From Amoebidium appalachense (taxonomy: Eukaryota; Protista; Ichthyosporea), in contig CAVNZM010000013.1 of assembly GCA_963693365.1 (NCBI GenBank), positions 2,381,817 to 2,445,816 of the forward strand: 64,000 nucleotides of DNA, written 5' to 3'. The notes beneath the pieces are model-generated. The model was not told the origin of the DNA. It worked only from the letters and a program-made list of their open reading frames with translations, and did no database searches. This document shows positions 45,567 through 57,657 of the stretch, one piece after another. Every line of letters begins with the position of its first letter. Position 1 is the stretch's first letter. Position numbers and translations under genes: made by a program.

Positions 45567-47282
45567 GTGGTACTCCGACACACCCAGGTGATTTTCAAAA
45601 GATGAAATCTGAAATATTACGGAAGCTGACGAAGCGCGCTGGTTAAATCTGAGATATCCAGATGTGATCGTACGCTGTCGCCGGCATACTGCCAGCGCCC
45701 TACAGATTTGATCGTATCATCCCATTTCGGGTCATAGTGCGCCAAAATCTGGGGCCGTACGATCAAATCTGGTTTGTTTTGGGCCCGATCGGATTGGTTA
45801 GCGGCGCTTCCAAAAAAGGCTAGCCAATATGATAAAAACCATTGGCCAATTCTCTGCAGTAGAATCGACATGAAAATAGCTATATATGGGTTGTCGGTCA
45901 TCCAATTAAATGCGGCGGATATCAAGGGGTTGATGTGGGACAATATCCAGTTGTCCGGCGTCGAGGCCGCGGGCCTCGAGCTTTATTATTATTACTATAA
46001 AAACATGGAGCCATGCGTACGTACATATATATATATATACACACACACACACATACATACACACACACACGTACATATCATATACTGTATATAGTGCGCG
46101 TGTGTTCGGGTGTTACACCCATCTACAGTACGGCAAATGTTATATGGCTTACTCCTTGTACCTGCAGGTAATCGAAACTCCAACATGCATGCCAACAAGT
46201 GAGGAAGCAATGCACATGTATGAAAATACTATAAAATCACCTATAGGTCTTCGCGGTCCAGAATATTGCTGCAGTTCAATTTGATGTCCGGAAGAAGCCA
46301 CAGTAGAGTACCGGAAGTAAATTCGAGCACCGCTGTCATCGTTTCTGCAAAGAAACACACATGTTAATGATATATTCCTTAACAGACACATGTAAATGAC
46401 ATATTCCCTTAATAGCCTCACGTCCTTCTGGTGTATGCATTAAGTTCTTTTTTTATTTTTTTATTGCCTCTATGAGAAGGCTCAGTATTTGCTGCACGAG
46501 GTAACATTCCACTATGGACCTATCACATGCACTAGGTGCATATCTCATTTTTTGATAAGTCGTACAAACACAGGGAAATGTGTCTGTGTGTGTAGGGGGG
46601 ACCGCGCTCTCTGCATCCGAGCAGATGCAGGAGGAGGGAAAAAAGATGTGATATGACCAGGTAAAAAGATGAGAGACGTATGTACATGTGTACATGTGAG
46701 TTTTTAGAATCGTGTCTTCGAGTAGTCTTTTTCATTTCAGTGGTGAGAGTGAGTGAGTGAGTGAATGAGTGTGGCGAGAAGAGGGAAGGGATGGAGAGGG
46801 GTGGGGGTTTAGGAGGTTGGGGCAGGCGGGCGGGCGGGAATGGGCTGGTCGGGGGGGGAGGGCATGCATCCAGTACCTTAATTATTCTCTGGATTCCCGA
46901 GCCGCGTATTGACGGGTGTTGTTTTCCTTTCCTGTGGCCAAATGACTACGCAAGCCTTTGCGTGCATTGTCGCAGGCGATGCTCCCCCCCCTCTTTATGG
47001 CCTTGTAGACAGCATCGGTTGCAGGGTCCAGGGATCCAGTGACGAGGTAGTTGGTCATGACTGAAAGGAGTGGGGAGGGGGGTGGGAGGGAGGAAGGGAG
47101 GGAAGGAGGGGGGGGGGGGGGAAGGGGGGAGGGGGGAGGGGGGAGGGGAAGACAGTGATGCAGAGGAGCTTGGGCCTTCTTACGGAAGGCAAAAAGAATT
47201 TGGTGGCAATGAATGTGGGGATGGGAATAAGGGAGTCGAAGATGAGGGTAGGGTTGGTGGTGGTGGTGGTGGTGGTAATGGT

Positions 47283-47314
<32 letters not shown>

Positions 47315-47368
47315 CAAGGGAGACAATTACCCGGGGTGAGGGTTAAGGGCAAAGGGGCATATCAGAAA

Positions 47369-47404
<36 letters not shown>

Positions 47405-47565
47405 CCGATGTATATGTCTACGTGTGTATGTGCGCGCAGATTTATGCCCGGTGTGCTTGTGTGTGTGTGCATGTGTGCGTGTGTATGCATGTAAACACGT
47501 GTGTGGGTACCAGTGTAGTGAGTGTGTGCCGATATATTTTGTGTGCCTCCCTGTGTGCTTTCACC

Positions 47566-47627
<62 letters not shown>

Positions 47628-47960
47628 CTGATGATATGTCTGTGTGTGTATGTGTGCCCATGTGCATGTTTGTGCATGGTGTGAGGGAGAAGGGCAAAGG
47701 GGCATATCAGAAGGTGTGTGTGTATGTGCGTGCCCGATATATGTGTCTGTGTGTATGTGCACACAGATTTGCGCTCGGTGTGCTTTAGTGTGTGTTCATG
47801 TGTGCGTGCGCCTGCATGTAAACGTGTGTGTGGGTACCGGTGTAGTGAGTGTGTACCAATTTATTTTGTTTGCCTCCCTGTGTGTTTTCACCAGTGTTGT
47901 GTGTGTGTGTGTGCGTGTGTGTGTGTGCGTGCGTGTGTGTGTGTGTGTGTGTGTATATGA

Positions 47961-47998
<38 letters not shown>

Positions 47999-48680
47999 GT
48001 GTGTATGTGTGTGTGTGTGTGTGTGTTTGTGTGTGTGCCGGCACGTATATGTGCGTGCTAGTATGGTCACGTACGGTACACCAGGTGAGTTTTGGCGGGA
48101 TCAAGCTGCCCGACCGTGCCCACTCCAAGTAAGCGAGCTGTTTTCCCGTGACACACAAACGAGTTGTTGACCAGCTCATCGGTTGTAAAGATGTCATCAG
48201 TAAGAATTCTTGCCGATATGGTGGGCTTGTTGGCACGCCAGGCAGCCCGCACGGCCTTTTTGGTGAATGCAGCCTGTGGTAAAGCGAGAAAGGGAGGGAG
48301 GATGGGGGGGGGGGGGGGGGGGACAACATATGGAAGTGCCGAAAGATTAAAGTGTTGCTCACCTAACGTGACACGAAGCTTTCTTACGTGGTTTTACGTG
48401 GTTTCAAGACTACATCATCGTGCACCACCATGTTTGGTTGGTTGGTTTGGCTGTTTGATTAGGAGGAAACGGGGAAGTGGTGTGTGTGCCTGCGTGTGTG
48501 TGCGCATGTGCATGTACGTGTCTGTGTGTGTGTGTGTGTGTGTATGTGTGTGTGTGTAGGTTGGGTACCGGCCTGCAATACTAAAGGTATGCAATTCTTC
48601 CCCCCGGTTTGTTGTGCTAGCCGTTCTCCGTTGTGTGTGTGTGTGTGCGCGCACGCGAGTGTGTGTGCGTGTGTGTGTGT

Positions 48681-48736
<56 letters not shown>

Positions 48737-50506
48737 GTACCACAATGACAAGAAAACCCGTGAAGAGAGCCCTTCAACCAGAGAGTAACTACAAGGCGAA
48801 AACAAGTAGGTCAAGGTGGCAACTACTTTTGTTTCCTCTGTACTTTGCCTAGGTAAACCCCCCACCCCACCCCCCCACCTCCTTCCCCCCTTCTCCTCCT
48901 GCATTCCCCCCTTCTCCTCCTGCACAAAACAAAAAGGCGGCGGGGGGGGGGGTTGACCTCTTTGGGATAACTTGTCTTTCATTCTGTTCATATAAAGACA
49001 AAGTGTGGTCTCCGTATACTTATGACACACTGATAAGCCTTCCACTATGGCAGACAAAACTAGTCTTTTTACACACGTTTAGTGACTTTTGAGACCCTTA
49101 CCAGCAACAGCAGCGGGGAGTCTGGACGCAACTTCTCCCTGGAACCACTGCAGCGTACCGACGTTCATCTGCACCCAGGGGATGTACACAGTGCTGCCCA
49201 CCGTGGGTTCCTTGGTTAAACTCTCTGGTGCCCTTTTGGCATCCCAACCTTCATTAAACTCGCAAAGCGACCGCAACTGGTACACATCCATGTCACCATC
49301 GTGGGCCTGAACTACAAACCAACCACCTCCCAAATCAATGTGTTTCCACGGATTACCCTCGTAGCATTTATCAGGCTTTATGTCCTTTGGTGGGTACTTC
49401 TCAACTGGGAGACTGGCAGGCACCAGACTATAATTAGAGCCGCCCATGTTGGCAGATCGCTCAGTGAGGCTAAAGACACACCTAATTCTAGCTGATATAT
49501 GAGCTGTGAAGTGTTTAACTTCTGTGGGAAACTGTGACGTGCTGGTTGAAGTGGGCTGCAATTTCATACTAAACACCACGGATCGATGACCGTTTGTGTG
49601 TGTCCGTTTGGCCGTTGCCCGCCACTACTCTTCCACCAATCATTGATCGAAAAGTCAAATTGGGTACTGGCCCGGCCCGATGGTATGCCGGGTCAACGTG
49701 CAAGGAAGCTCGAAAAAAAAATCAACCCCTTCTTTTCCGTTTTCAAAACACAGCAGAACATATATTCCTAGGAACGTGCCGCAGTGTACCGTCGCAGAAT
49801 GTCCGGCTATATCAGTATTATTCACAAGAAAAACAACCTTCGCCCAGTGTACGGAAACGGGATCTATAACACAATTCCTTTCACCGAAAGAGGCAAACGT
49901 TTTGGTAGAAGAACTGCACAAGGTTCAAGCAGAAGAAAAACACATGTCTTACCGATCGTACTCCAACAACTTCGATTGGGTTGGCCCTGTTTGAGCATCT
50001 GGGTGAGCTGTTGTACCCAACTCTGGAACGGTCGAGAGACTTGTGTTTTTTGGCTGGAAGTTACACTAGGGAATTTCGTGAGTCCGTGCTCGATGTTATA
50101 GGGGATCTCGGTAATGTAAAAACTGATTTAGTAGTAATTTGTTAAATGGCCTACCCCACAACTGAGTACCAACAAATGTATGATATATATATATACGTGC
50201 GCATATATGCATGCATCACTGCAACCCCGGGCCATCCCTGCGCGCAGCGCCGGCGCCGGCCACATGGGCGTCGGAGGCGGCGTCAGTGCAGAGCGGTGCG
50301 CCTATTGGTTGAAGCTGTTCGTCGCACATTCCATTTCACGTTCCATTTATACGATAGAATACGGTGATACCAGCCTGTGCCAGGTGTGTTCGATTTTGGC
50401 TTCGTCTCACCAGCCACATTTCAGATTTTGTCGTTCGGCATCGCAAAAAGCCATATCACTTCATATTTGAACTTTTCAAAATCACCTGGGCACCATGGTG
50501 CACCAC
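45567..50506. mobile_element. Putative DNA-transposon derivative bounded by imperfect 56-bp inverted repeats, carrying the BEN gene
   Basis: 45567-45622 versus the reverse complement of 50451-50506: 40/56 identical without gaps, with core CCCAGGTGATTTT(C/G)AAAAG. No TSD and no transposase identified. Confidence 0.45.
46882..49447 (-). CDS. BEN-domain protein, spliced
   Basis: Exons 49447-49102, 48273-48075 and 47060-46882; the small middle exons are unresolved. The last two join in phase to give ...[26 protein letters not shown]...[18 protein letters not shown]...[18 protein letters not shown], which fits the BEN pattern (LhxxhFTxxEL..S..G..LDPxK....CxNxR). Exon 1 encodes a Tudor/SH3-like beta domain ([28 protein letters not shown]). 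Confidence 0.7.
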
Positions 50507-52221
50507 ACCACACACGGCGTGGCCAGCGGGGCCGGCTGAGTTTGGGGCTGAATTCGAAGTGAACTGGGGGAACTTTTTACCCCAGATGCGGTATGGCAGT
50601 TAGTCTCCCGCTACCCGTCCCGCAAAGCGTGCGGGCCGGACGGCATCCCTATGGCACTACTTAAGGTACTCATCCCTGCACCCCGACCCGAGAAAGATGA
50701 AAAGCGTGGCCCGCCGCCACCACTTACATGTATTCTTTAGCGAATTGTTTAGCTGGTATTCTGATGTCGGTATAGTGCCCTCGGAGTGGCTAGCCACCAT
50801 AGTGTTTCCCATCAAGAAAACGGTTGCACGGGGTCCCATTCACGAATTTCGCCCTATCACCCTTACGTCCGTTTTTCGCCGATTATTCGAAAGTGGCCTT
50901 TTACAGGCCTTTTCCCGTAACTGCACCCTTAAGCAGGCTTCCCAGCTCAGCCCTCTTCAGGCGGCGTTTCGGCATCGACACTCATGTTACGCACAAATCC
51001 TCACTCTACATAATGCAACTCAAAGGGCCTGTTTGGCAGCACCCCAATAATCGTATTCGTATTTAGGCCCTAAATACGATCTACTGTATTTACAAAATTT
51101 ATCGTGGTATGCGTATTTAGGGCCTAAATACGGTTGGTGCCTTCCAAACGCTGTCAGGCGTGACTGGTCACATAAAATGTCGATACATGGTTCACGAGAT
51201 CTGATTGGCCCTATTCGCACCCATTGATCATCCTTCGGTATTCCATGCATATAGACTGGTGCAGCTGTAGTCAGTATTACGTAACGAACGGCAAAAACGA
51301 GTCACCGCCGGACAGTGAGTCTTGCTCTGTTTAACAATAGGTTAGAATGTCTGTTATTGAAGGGATACTGCCAGTTATTGCGGTGGCTAGCCTTGCTAGA
51401 GACCTCGTTTTACGTCACCAACGTTCGTCCCTGGCATTCCCCACATATCTGAACACATAATGAGTGTTAAAATTTGTCCTTGCCTATGCAATACTCGTTG
51501 TGCCTGCATGTCACCGAGTTTGTACATGTACATTTGATTGTTTTTTATTAATGCATATATCGGAGTCCAGTATTGTTTCAATGATTATTGTGGCATATAT
51601 ATACAGTCTGAGCTTGTTATCATGCACCGCGTAGGGTTCCTCGTCCTCTATCTTACCTGTGCAGCCCAAATTCATGTGCCAATTTTAACTGAGAATGTAC
51701 ACAAAATGACGTGTATGACACCGACCTTCTAACATAGAATTGTTCACGTGCATGCGCCGGCATGCGTACTGTAGTAAAAATGTGCCCGCCGCGGCTTACG
51801 AGCGCTGTACCATTGGCTTGCTGATAGCCAATAAATGATGCGAAATGCTCTGATTGGCTAATTTCCTATATCGTATTTACGAAAATCACCTCCGGAGGTG
51901 ATTTTCGTAAATACGATATAAAAGCGATCCCTATCGTATTTACAAAAAATAAAAGCCCGCGGCGTGTTTGGCATGCCACGGGATCGTATACGTATTTAGG
52001 CCCTAAATACGAATACGATAAAAAGGGGGGTTTACGCTGTTTACTCGAGGCAAAGAGAACCAGTCTCAGGTATGGGGGGGGGGGGTTTGCTCGGAATATC
52101 CCCTCAGCGGTATATCATGATCACGTACATAGATGTCGGGTGGTGACTATATATCAGGGTTTACTTTCTCTACGAGACACCATAAAGACTACAAGGAGAA
52201 ATCAATTAGTTGGGGTTCCCC

Positions 52222-52270
<49 letters not shown>

Positions 52271-52302
52271 GGGCACCCCTCGGGACACTCGGTATCAGCT
52301 GG

Positions 52303-52371
<69 letters not shown>

Positions 52372-52375
52372 TGCG

Positions 52376-55300
52376 CTATAATTTTGTAGTGATGTGTTTC
52401 TCAAGCCAATCAATACATCTAATAAACAGGTCGTAGTTACGCGTGTTTAGTATAAAATCAAGGATGTTGTAATTTACAGGTAGGCTATCTTTCTGGGTGT
52501 CTGTTGTGAATGTGACGTGTGTGTGTTGCGGTATTATGTGGTCTATCAAACTACATTTGGCGATACATGACCGGTTAAACTGGTGTGTGTGTGTGTTGTT
52601 TGGGCATGCAAATGATGCCACCTTATACTTATTAGATCTCCACTGTATAGCACGTGTACAGTAAAAGCGTGGTAATTGATCAATAATACCATCAGCTAGA
52701 GAAAGACCAGTTCTACAGGAAGGTAATATGTATTTAGGTGTTATACACTTGCGAGTGCCATATTTGGCAATATGGTTGAGGCGGTCAGTATATATAAAAC
52801 GAGACACAAGGCTTAGTTTTTCAAGGTGTATGCTTTCATCGGGTCTAGTGTCGTGTGGTATCTTTTTCCATTTGTTATATTGCGTGATTATCTTGTGATT
52901 GTGTACATGTTTAATAAGTAAGTGGCAGTCCAAAGTCACACACACACTATTGCGGGGTTTATTTGTATTTGTGCCCAGGGGAGAAGGGGAGAGAGAGGGG
53001 AGGAAAGAGGGGAGAGGTGAGGAGGGGACAGGTCGGATAGAGAAGAGAGGGTGGGAGGGCAAATACTTCTTTAAGCGGCTTATGTGCTTATTGAATTTCA
53101 GCGCGAGATAGGATACTCTAGCAGCTATTGGGACCAGACCATATATCGAGAGCGTTACAGGCCCAGGTTTACAACAGTTGTTAGATAGAAAGGAGGCAAC
53201 TTCTGCTTCAAGGAAATTTGCCAAGGGTTTAAGCGCTCTAGTTCTCTCTTTCTTGATCCAAGCGGCGAGAAGGGGTAAACCATATTCACATGCCGGGAAG
53301 ACAAAAGTGCGAATAAATGTAAGTCTAATAGAAGGATGGAGGGGTGTGTCTTTAAAAATATTAGCCGAGAAGAAAGCTAACCGCTTACTAGAGCCAACTC
53401 TACCCTCTTTTCGACCATATGGGGAAACATAACACCAACAGAATCAACCGGAACACCAAGATATTTGTATTCTGGAACTATAGGTACAGGTTTAGATGAT
53501 AATGTAAATGTGTGTAAATTGTTAGCTATATCAGGTACAAGAACACCACATTTGTCTATGTTAAGGATCATAAGGTTTGCCTTGCACCACTCTGACACTA
53601 CATCGAACAATCTTTGCAGGCGTCTAGGGGTACGGGCAAGGAGGGACAGATCATCAGCATAGAGAAGTGCAGGCGGAAAGTTATTAATAGGGTCATCGTT
53701 TTCGGCGTAAATCTTGACAGCCAAATCATCTATAAATAGGTTAAACAAAAAGGGGCTAAGCAATGAACCCTGCAAGAGACCTCTAGTACGAGCAAAACCA
53801 TATGAAAGATGCCCATTAACCACAGCTCTACCATAGGTTTGAGACAAGAGTGCTTCTAACAGAACACCAATGCAGTGTGGTACACCCCGTGCAGCAAGCT
53901 TTTCCCATAGGAGACCAGGGGAGACAGAATCGTAAGCAGTTTTCCAATCAATAAAGCCAACATATTGTGCACCAACTTGCATAGAATCGTGCAGTGCCAT
54001 TATTTGAACATAACATGAATTGTTTTTACGAAAAGCGGATTGGCATGGGTGTATGTGAAGAATAAATTGAAACCTAGGGTGATGTGCAAATAACCTAAGT
54101 AAGCAAGCTTCAAAGAATCTACGAACAACCTGGGTTAGTGTAATGGGGCGAAAGGATGATATGGGGCCCTCAGAGTCCTTCTTAACTATGGGGATCACTA
54201 AGGTATCTAACCAAGATGACGGGACATGTCCACATTTAACACACCAAGAAAAGAGAGAGCTTAACATGATAGTAAGATCAGGTTTAATAGCACGATCACT
54301 TTCCTTTTGTGGGTAGGAGGGAACAAGGATTTTAAGAAACCCAGCAGGGAGTCCATCAGGTCCACAAGACTTACTAGAGCTATAACTAGATATCACAGAC
54401 CATATGGCATCGGGACTGAAAAAGGGGAGGATCGATTCTATGGGGATAGATGGGTCTACAGGCCACACAATAGGTTTCTGAGCGGGGGTCCTATCTTTAA
54501 ACAGTTCCGAGAAATACTTATCAGAGTCTATGAGGGGGTCTCCAGTGGTATCACCAATAATACGAGCAGGGGGGCCAAATCGATTCATACTAGCAAGCCG
54601 GCGCAAGCTTTCCTTTTGAGACAGGGGTTCACCTAGTCTAGCGGGAGTGGTGTTTGGTAACAAGAGAGCATCGGGATATTCCTTCCTACCACCGCCAGCA
54701 TAATCACCGAGATCTATCAAATCATCAACAATAAAGTTAGTGCATGTTATGTATCTAGTACGAGATGTGAATCTGGCCTGGCTTGTGCAGATTCTAATAG
54801 GCGCATATATATAGGGTGTTTCGTAGCATAGCATACACATACATCAACTCTACCCCACTGTGACTTAAGCTGGGATAGACGGAGGCGAAAGGTGGGAGGG
54901 GGAGGGGGGAGCAGATCAAGGGAGATCTTAGGTAGGAAAAGGATAGGAGAGTGGTCAGATGACCTAGAGAGGTTAGGAGGGAGAGAGAGTTTTGACATGG
55001 TTGATGGCCAAAAGGCCACTCCCCAGTCGGTGTTGTGGGCATGGGATATTTGAGGGAACCGCAAAGTGTGACTTTGGACATACCTTGCTAAAGGGATAGC
55101 ACGCTCCGGGGGCTTAGATGGGTACCCGACACTCACTTGCAGTGTGTCTGTGTGGTGGAGTCGCGTGTTAAAATCACCTAAAATAACAGTGGACATTGGT
55201 AACTGTGACAACTCGTGAGTCAATTCGACAACCGACATAGATGGTGGGTAATATACAAAAGTAAAAACATTAGAAAGAAACTCTATAGAAACCGAGAATT

Positions 55301-55577
55301 CCGTTTTTGCTACCGGTTTGCACTTCACTCTCACGTGTGGTGCGGCAAGTACAATAATGCCTCGGTTTTTCGCGTAACCGGGGTGTGTGGATGTGTCGAC
55401 CAATGTAGAGTTGAATTTGTGGTGGTTTTTAAACTGTGTTTCGCAAATCACTGTAAACGTGTGGTTGTTTGTCTGTTGTTGTATGTAGCTGATTTTATCG
55501 TCGAGTGTCCCGGGGGGGAGGCCCTTTTGGGGGCCCAGTGTCCGAGCATTCCAGAAGAAGAAGGATAAATTAGGCAT
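52376..55577 (-). pseudogene. LINE ORF2 (AP endonuclease - reverse transcriptase - Cys motif) with two frameshifts (~54830, ~53390)
   Basis: EN motifs WNART, CET, VYYPP, ILGDFN, SDH; RT motifs GPDG, FRPITL, QSAFR, IDWKTAYDSV, QGSLLSPFLF, YADD, YKYLG; C-terminal EYG and CPNN..FNRSCIAKC. Confidence 0.9.
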
Positions 55578-56754
55578 CGGTTTGGTCCGACACCTGTGGG
55601 GTTGGTTCCCACTTGTCGCTTACGGGGTCGTATGCACGACCTTCCGCCAGCGCGAACAGTTCGCAGAAGAGCTCGATTTCCATCTCGCATCGGCGTTTGC
55701 GCTCGAGCAGTTTCTCACCAGAAAACATTGGTTCCTTCGTGTCCGTGTCTATCACGCTCGTAGCATCGTTTTCCAACTTTGCGAGGAACTCTTTTGCCTT
55801 GCTGATGCGTACACGACAACGTGTGGCGCACGCATTCTTAGCAGACACTTTACGTTCTTTGTCTGCTTTCTGAATGTTTTCCGGCGCGCATGGGTCGTAG
55901 CTTGGGAGGTGGGTGAAGAAGCTTCCACACCCCTTTGTCGCGTCACGGATGAACGCACGGTTATAGTCGCCCCGTACTGCTACTTCCAGCACATCGTATC
56001 CAATGAAGGACAGACAAAGGATGCGAGAGCACCGGAAGCCGAGAGCCTTGAAGATGGACCACATGGCCCTGTGTGGGCGTCTGCCGTGCTTGACTTTGAA
56101 ATACACCCTCTCGTATTTGGGTGGGATGTTGATGTTACCGTTTGCTTGGGTGTTCCCCTTAGCCGGCGGTTTGGGAGGGGAGTTGCGGCGGTACTCGTTG
56201 CCTGCAAGAATGCTGGCATATGTTTCCTTGGCAATTTGGCGGAGCTCGGGTGTTTTACGAGAGTTCGCATATTCTAGGAACTCTGCCGGGAGCTGTGCTT
56301 CCGGTCCTGTGTTGTTTTGTGTTGGGGTGGAAATGTCTCCGTCGCGAGATGTTTGCTCATGAGTTTTGGGGTTTTGCGATCCACTAATGTTTAGCTGGGC
56401 TGTGAGTGAATCAATGGTGAGCTTGAGTTGGGTATTTTCTGTTTGGAGTTTTTCTATCATGTTCTTGAGTGGTAACAGCTCATTTAGCTGTTTCTTAACG
56501 AGGGCAAGTTCTGCCAGTACTGTATCAACCGAAAGTTTCGGCATGGTTGTTATTGTGTTTCTACGGAGTGGTGTGGTGTTATTCTGAATGGGTAGTGTAT
56601 TGTAAATAGGTGTTGCGCTTAGTCTAAGGCGATGTTTTTCTGGTTGTGCATCTGTGGTAGGTGTATCTGCTGGACGTTTTAATGGTCGCACATGTGTGAT
56701 GGGTGTAGATGGAACTTTGAAAGAGGTTCTGAAACGATTATAGGCATGTGCCAT
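55570..56754 (-). CDS. LINE ORF1, 394 aa
   Basis: Intact ORF upstream of ORF2, with a coiled coil (LAELALVKKQL..IEKLQTENTQLKLTI) and an alpha/beta domain (YERVYF..FKALGFRCSRILCLSFIGYDVLEVAV..YDP). Its stop overlaps the ORF2 start (ATGCCTAA). Confidence 0.85.
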   Translation of the reverse strand: MAHAYNRFRTSFKVPSTPITHVRPLKRPADTPTTDAQPEKHRLRLSATPIYNTLPIQNNTTPLRRNTITTMPKLSVDTVLAELALVKKQLNELLPLKNMIEKLQTENTQLKLTIDSLTAQLNISGSQNPKTHEQTSRDGDISTPTQNNTGPEAQLPAEFLEYANSRKTPELRQIAKETYASILAGNEYRRNSPPKPPAKGNTQANGNINIPPKYERVYFKVKHGRRPHRAMWSIFKALGFRCSRILCLSFIGYDVLEVAVRGDYNRAFIRDATKGCGSFFTHLPSYDPCAPENIQKADKERKVSAKNACATRCRVRISKAKEFLAKLENDATSVIDTDTKEPMFSGEKLLERKRRCEMEIELFCELFALAEGRAYDPVSDKWEPTPQVSDQTDA

Positions 56755-56859
56755 GACATGGATGGGGGTGTTCCCCGGCCCTTAGGGCCACGGATGGCCT
56801 GGTTTAGGGGTGGATGCGCGAAGGATACTATTTATTAGCAGATAATAAAGAGCGACATT

Positions 56860-56941
56860 TGAATCGATGTGTGCGACTGAATCGATGTGTGCGACTGAAT
56901 CGATGTGTGCGACTGAATCGATGTGTGCGACTGAATCGATG
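56860..56941. repeat. 18-bp tandem repeat (TGAATCGATGTGTGCGAC) x4.5 at the LINE 5' end
   Basis: Identical units seen directly. Confidence 0.95.
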
Positions 56942-57657
56942 ATAAAAAACCGTATTTAGCGCGCTACCAAACAGGCCCAAAGTGATACGAGCACCTCGTA
57001 TTCATCATTTTCGCGTCGACACGGTCACCTCCCCGCGTGGCCAATGGCCACTCGCGGTCCCTCCTCGCTCTCCCCCTTTGCGCTTCCCCACCCGACGCGG
57101 GGCGGCGCCCTCTTCTTTTCCCTTTAATGCCGCGCTCTTCTCGGCCTTACGGGTGCCTCCCGGCTCCCCTCGCCCTCTTTTTTGCCAACGATATTGTGCT
57201 TATGTCATCCGGTCCTATCGAACTACGGCAATACATTCGTGTGTTTGAACATTGGTGCCAGCGCAACGATATGGTTTTATTTGTGGAAATTATTGACATA
57301 AATATTTTTCTGGGTAAACACGTAGGATGGGTGTTCGATACCAACATAACCATGTAGGCTTCATTTCGTGTTTTAGCAGTTAGCGGTTGCCAGTGGCTGC
57401 CCGCACACGGGCACCTATTAGCCAGTCAAAACATCAGATACCACAGATCACTAGACCGAGTTATGATTGGCTCGGATCAGATTTCACATGTCACTAGATC
57501 GATTTTTGATTGGCTCAGATCGGTAGGCTTAGGTATATAAGCACGACAGTTTTTAGCAGATCAGCAAGCTACAAACACATCTTCTGTGTTTAGCATCCAC
57601 AGCCTTACAGCTATATATTCCTTTTCATTCTCCCTATCTTTCCCTACGCCGGTCAGC

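Larger units (their letters stand above)
52025..56940 (-). mobile_element. Full-length APE-type LINE inserted in the MITE
   Basis: ORF1 plus ORF2 (EN-RT-Cys), 5' 18-bp tandem repeats, a 3' (CA)n and A-run (52223-52266), and candidate TSD GATAAAAA (52017-24 / 56941-48). Confidence 0.9.
51025..56978. mobile_element. PIF/Harbinger-type MITE (~1.0 kb without its LINE insert)
   Basis: TIRs GGGCCTGTTTGGCAGCAC / GCGCTACCAAACAGGCCC (16/18); 3-bp TSD AAA (51022-24, 56979-81); subterminal CGTATTTAGGCCCTAAATACG palindromes. Removing it rejoins the host RT. Confidence 0.85.

Noticed and set aside
45965-46000. Helitron 3' end (TCGAGGCC-GCG-GGCCTCGA hairpin)
   Set aside because: There is no CTRR terminus at the expected distance and no matching 5' end or Rep/helicase remnant.
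40590-47900. Local duplications (~40595 and ~40735; ~47345 and ~47690) as functional elements
   Set aside because: They are simple tandem duplications bounded by microsatellites or G-runs, like 4420 and 4555, with no coding or structural signal.
49586-50100. Second THAP domain (MTVCVCPFGRC...)
   Set aside because: No recognisable CxxH-F or AVPT-like motif follows, and the frames are broken.
56755-56860. HDV-like ribozyme in the LINE 5' UTR
   Set aside because: A GGCCCTAAGGGCC hairpin exists, but I could not build the P1/P1.1/P2/P3 nested pseudoknot.
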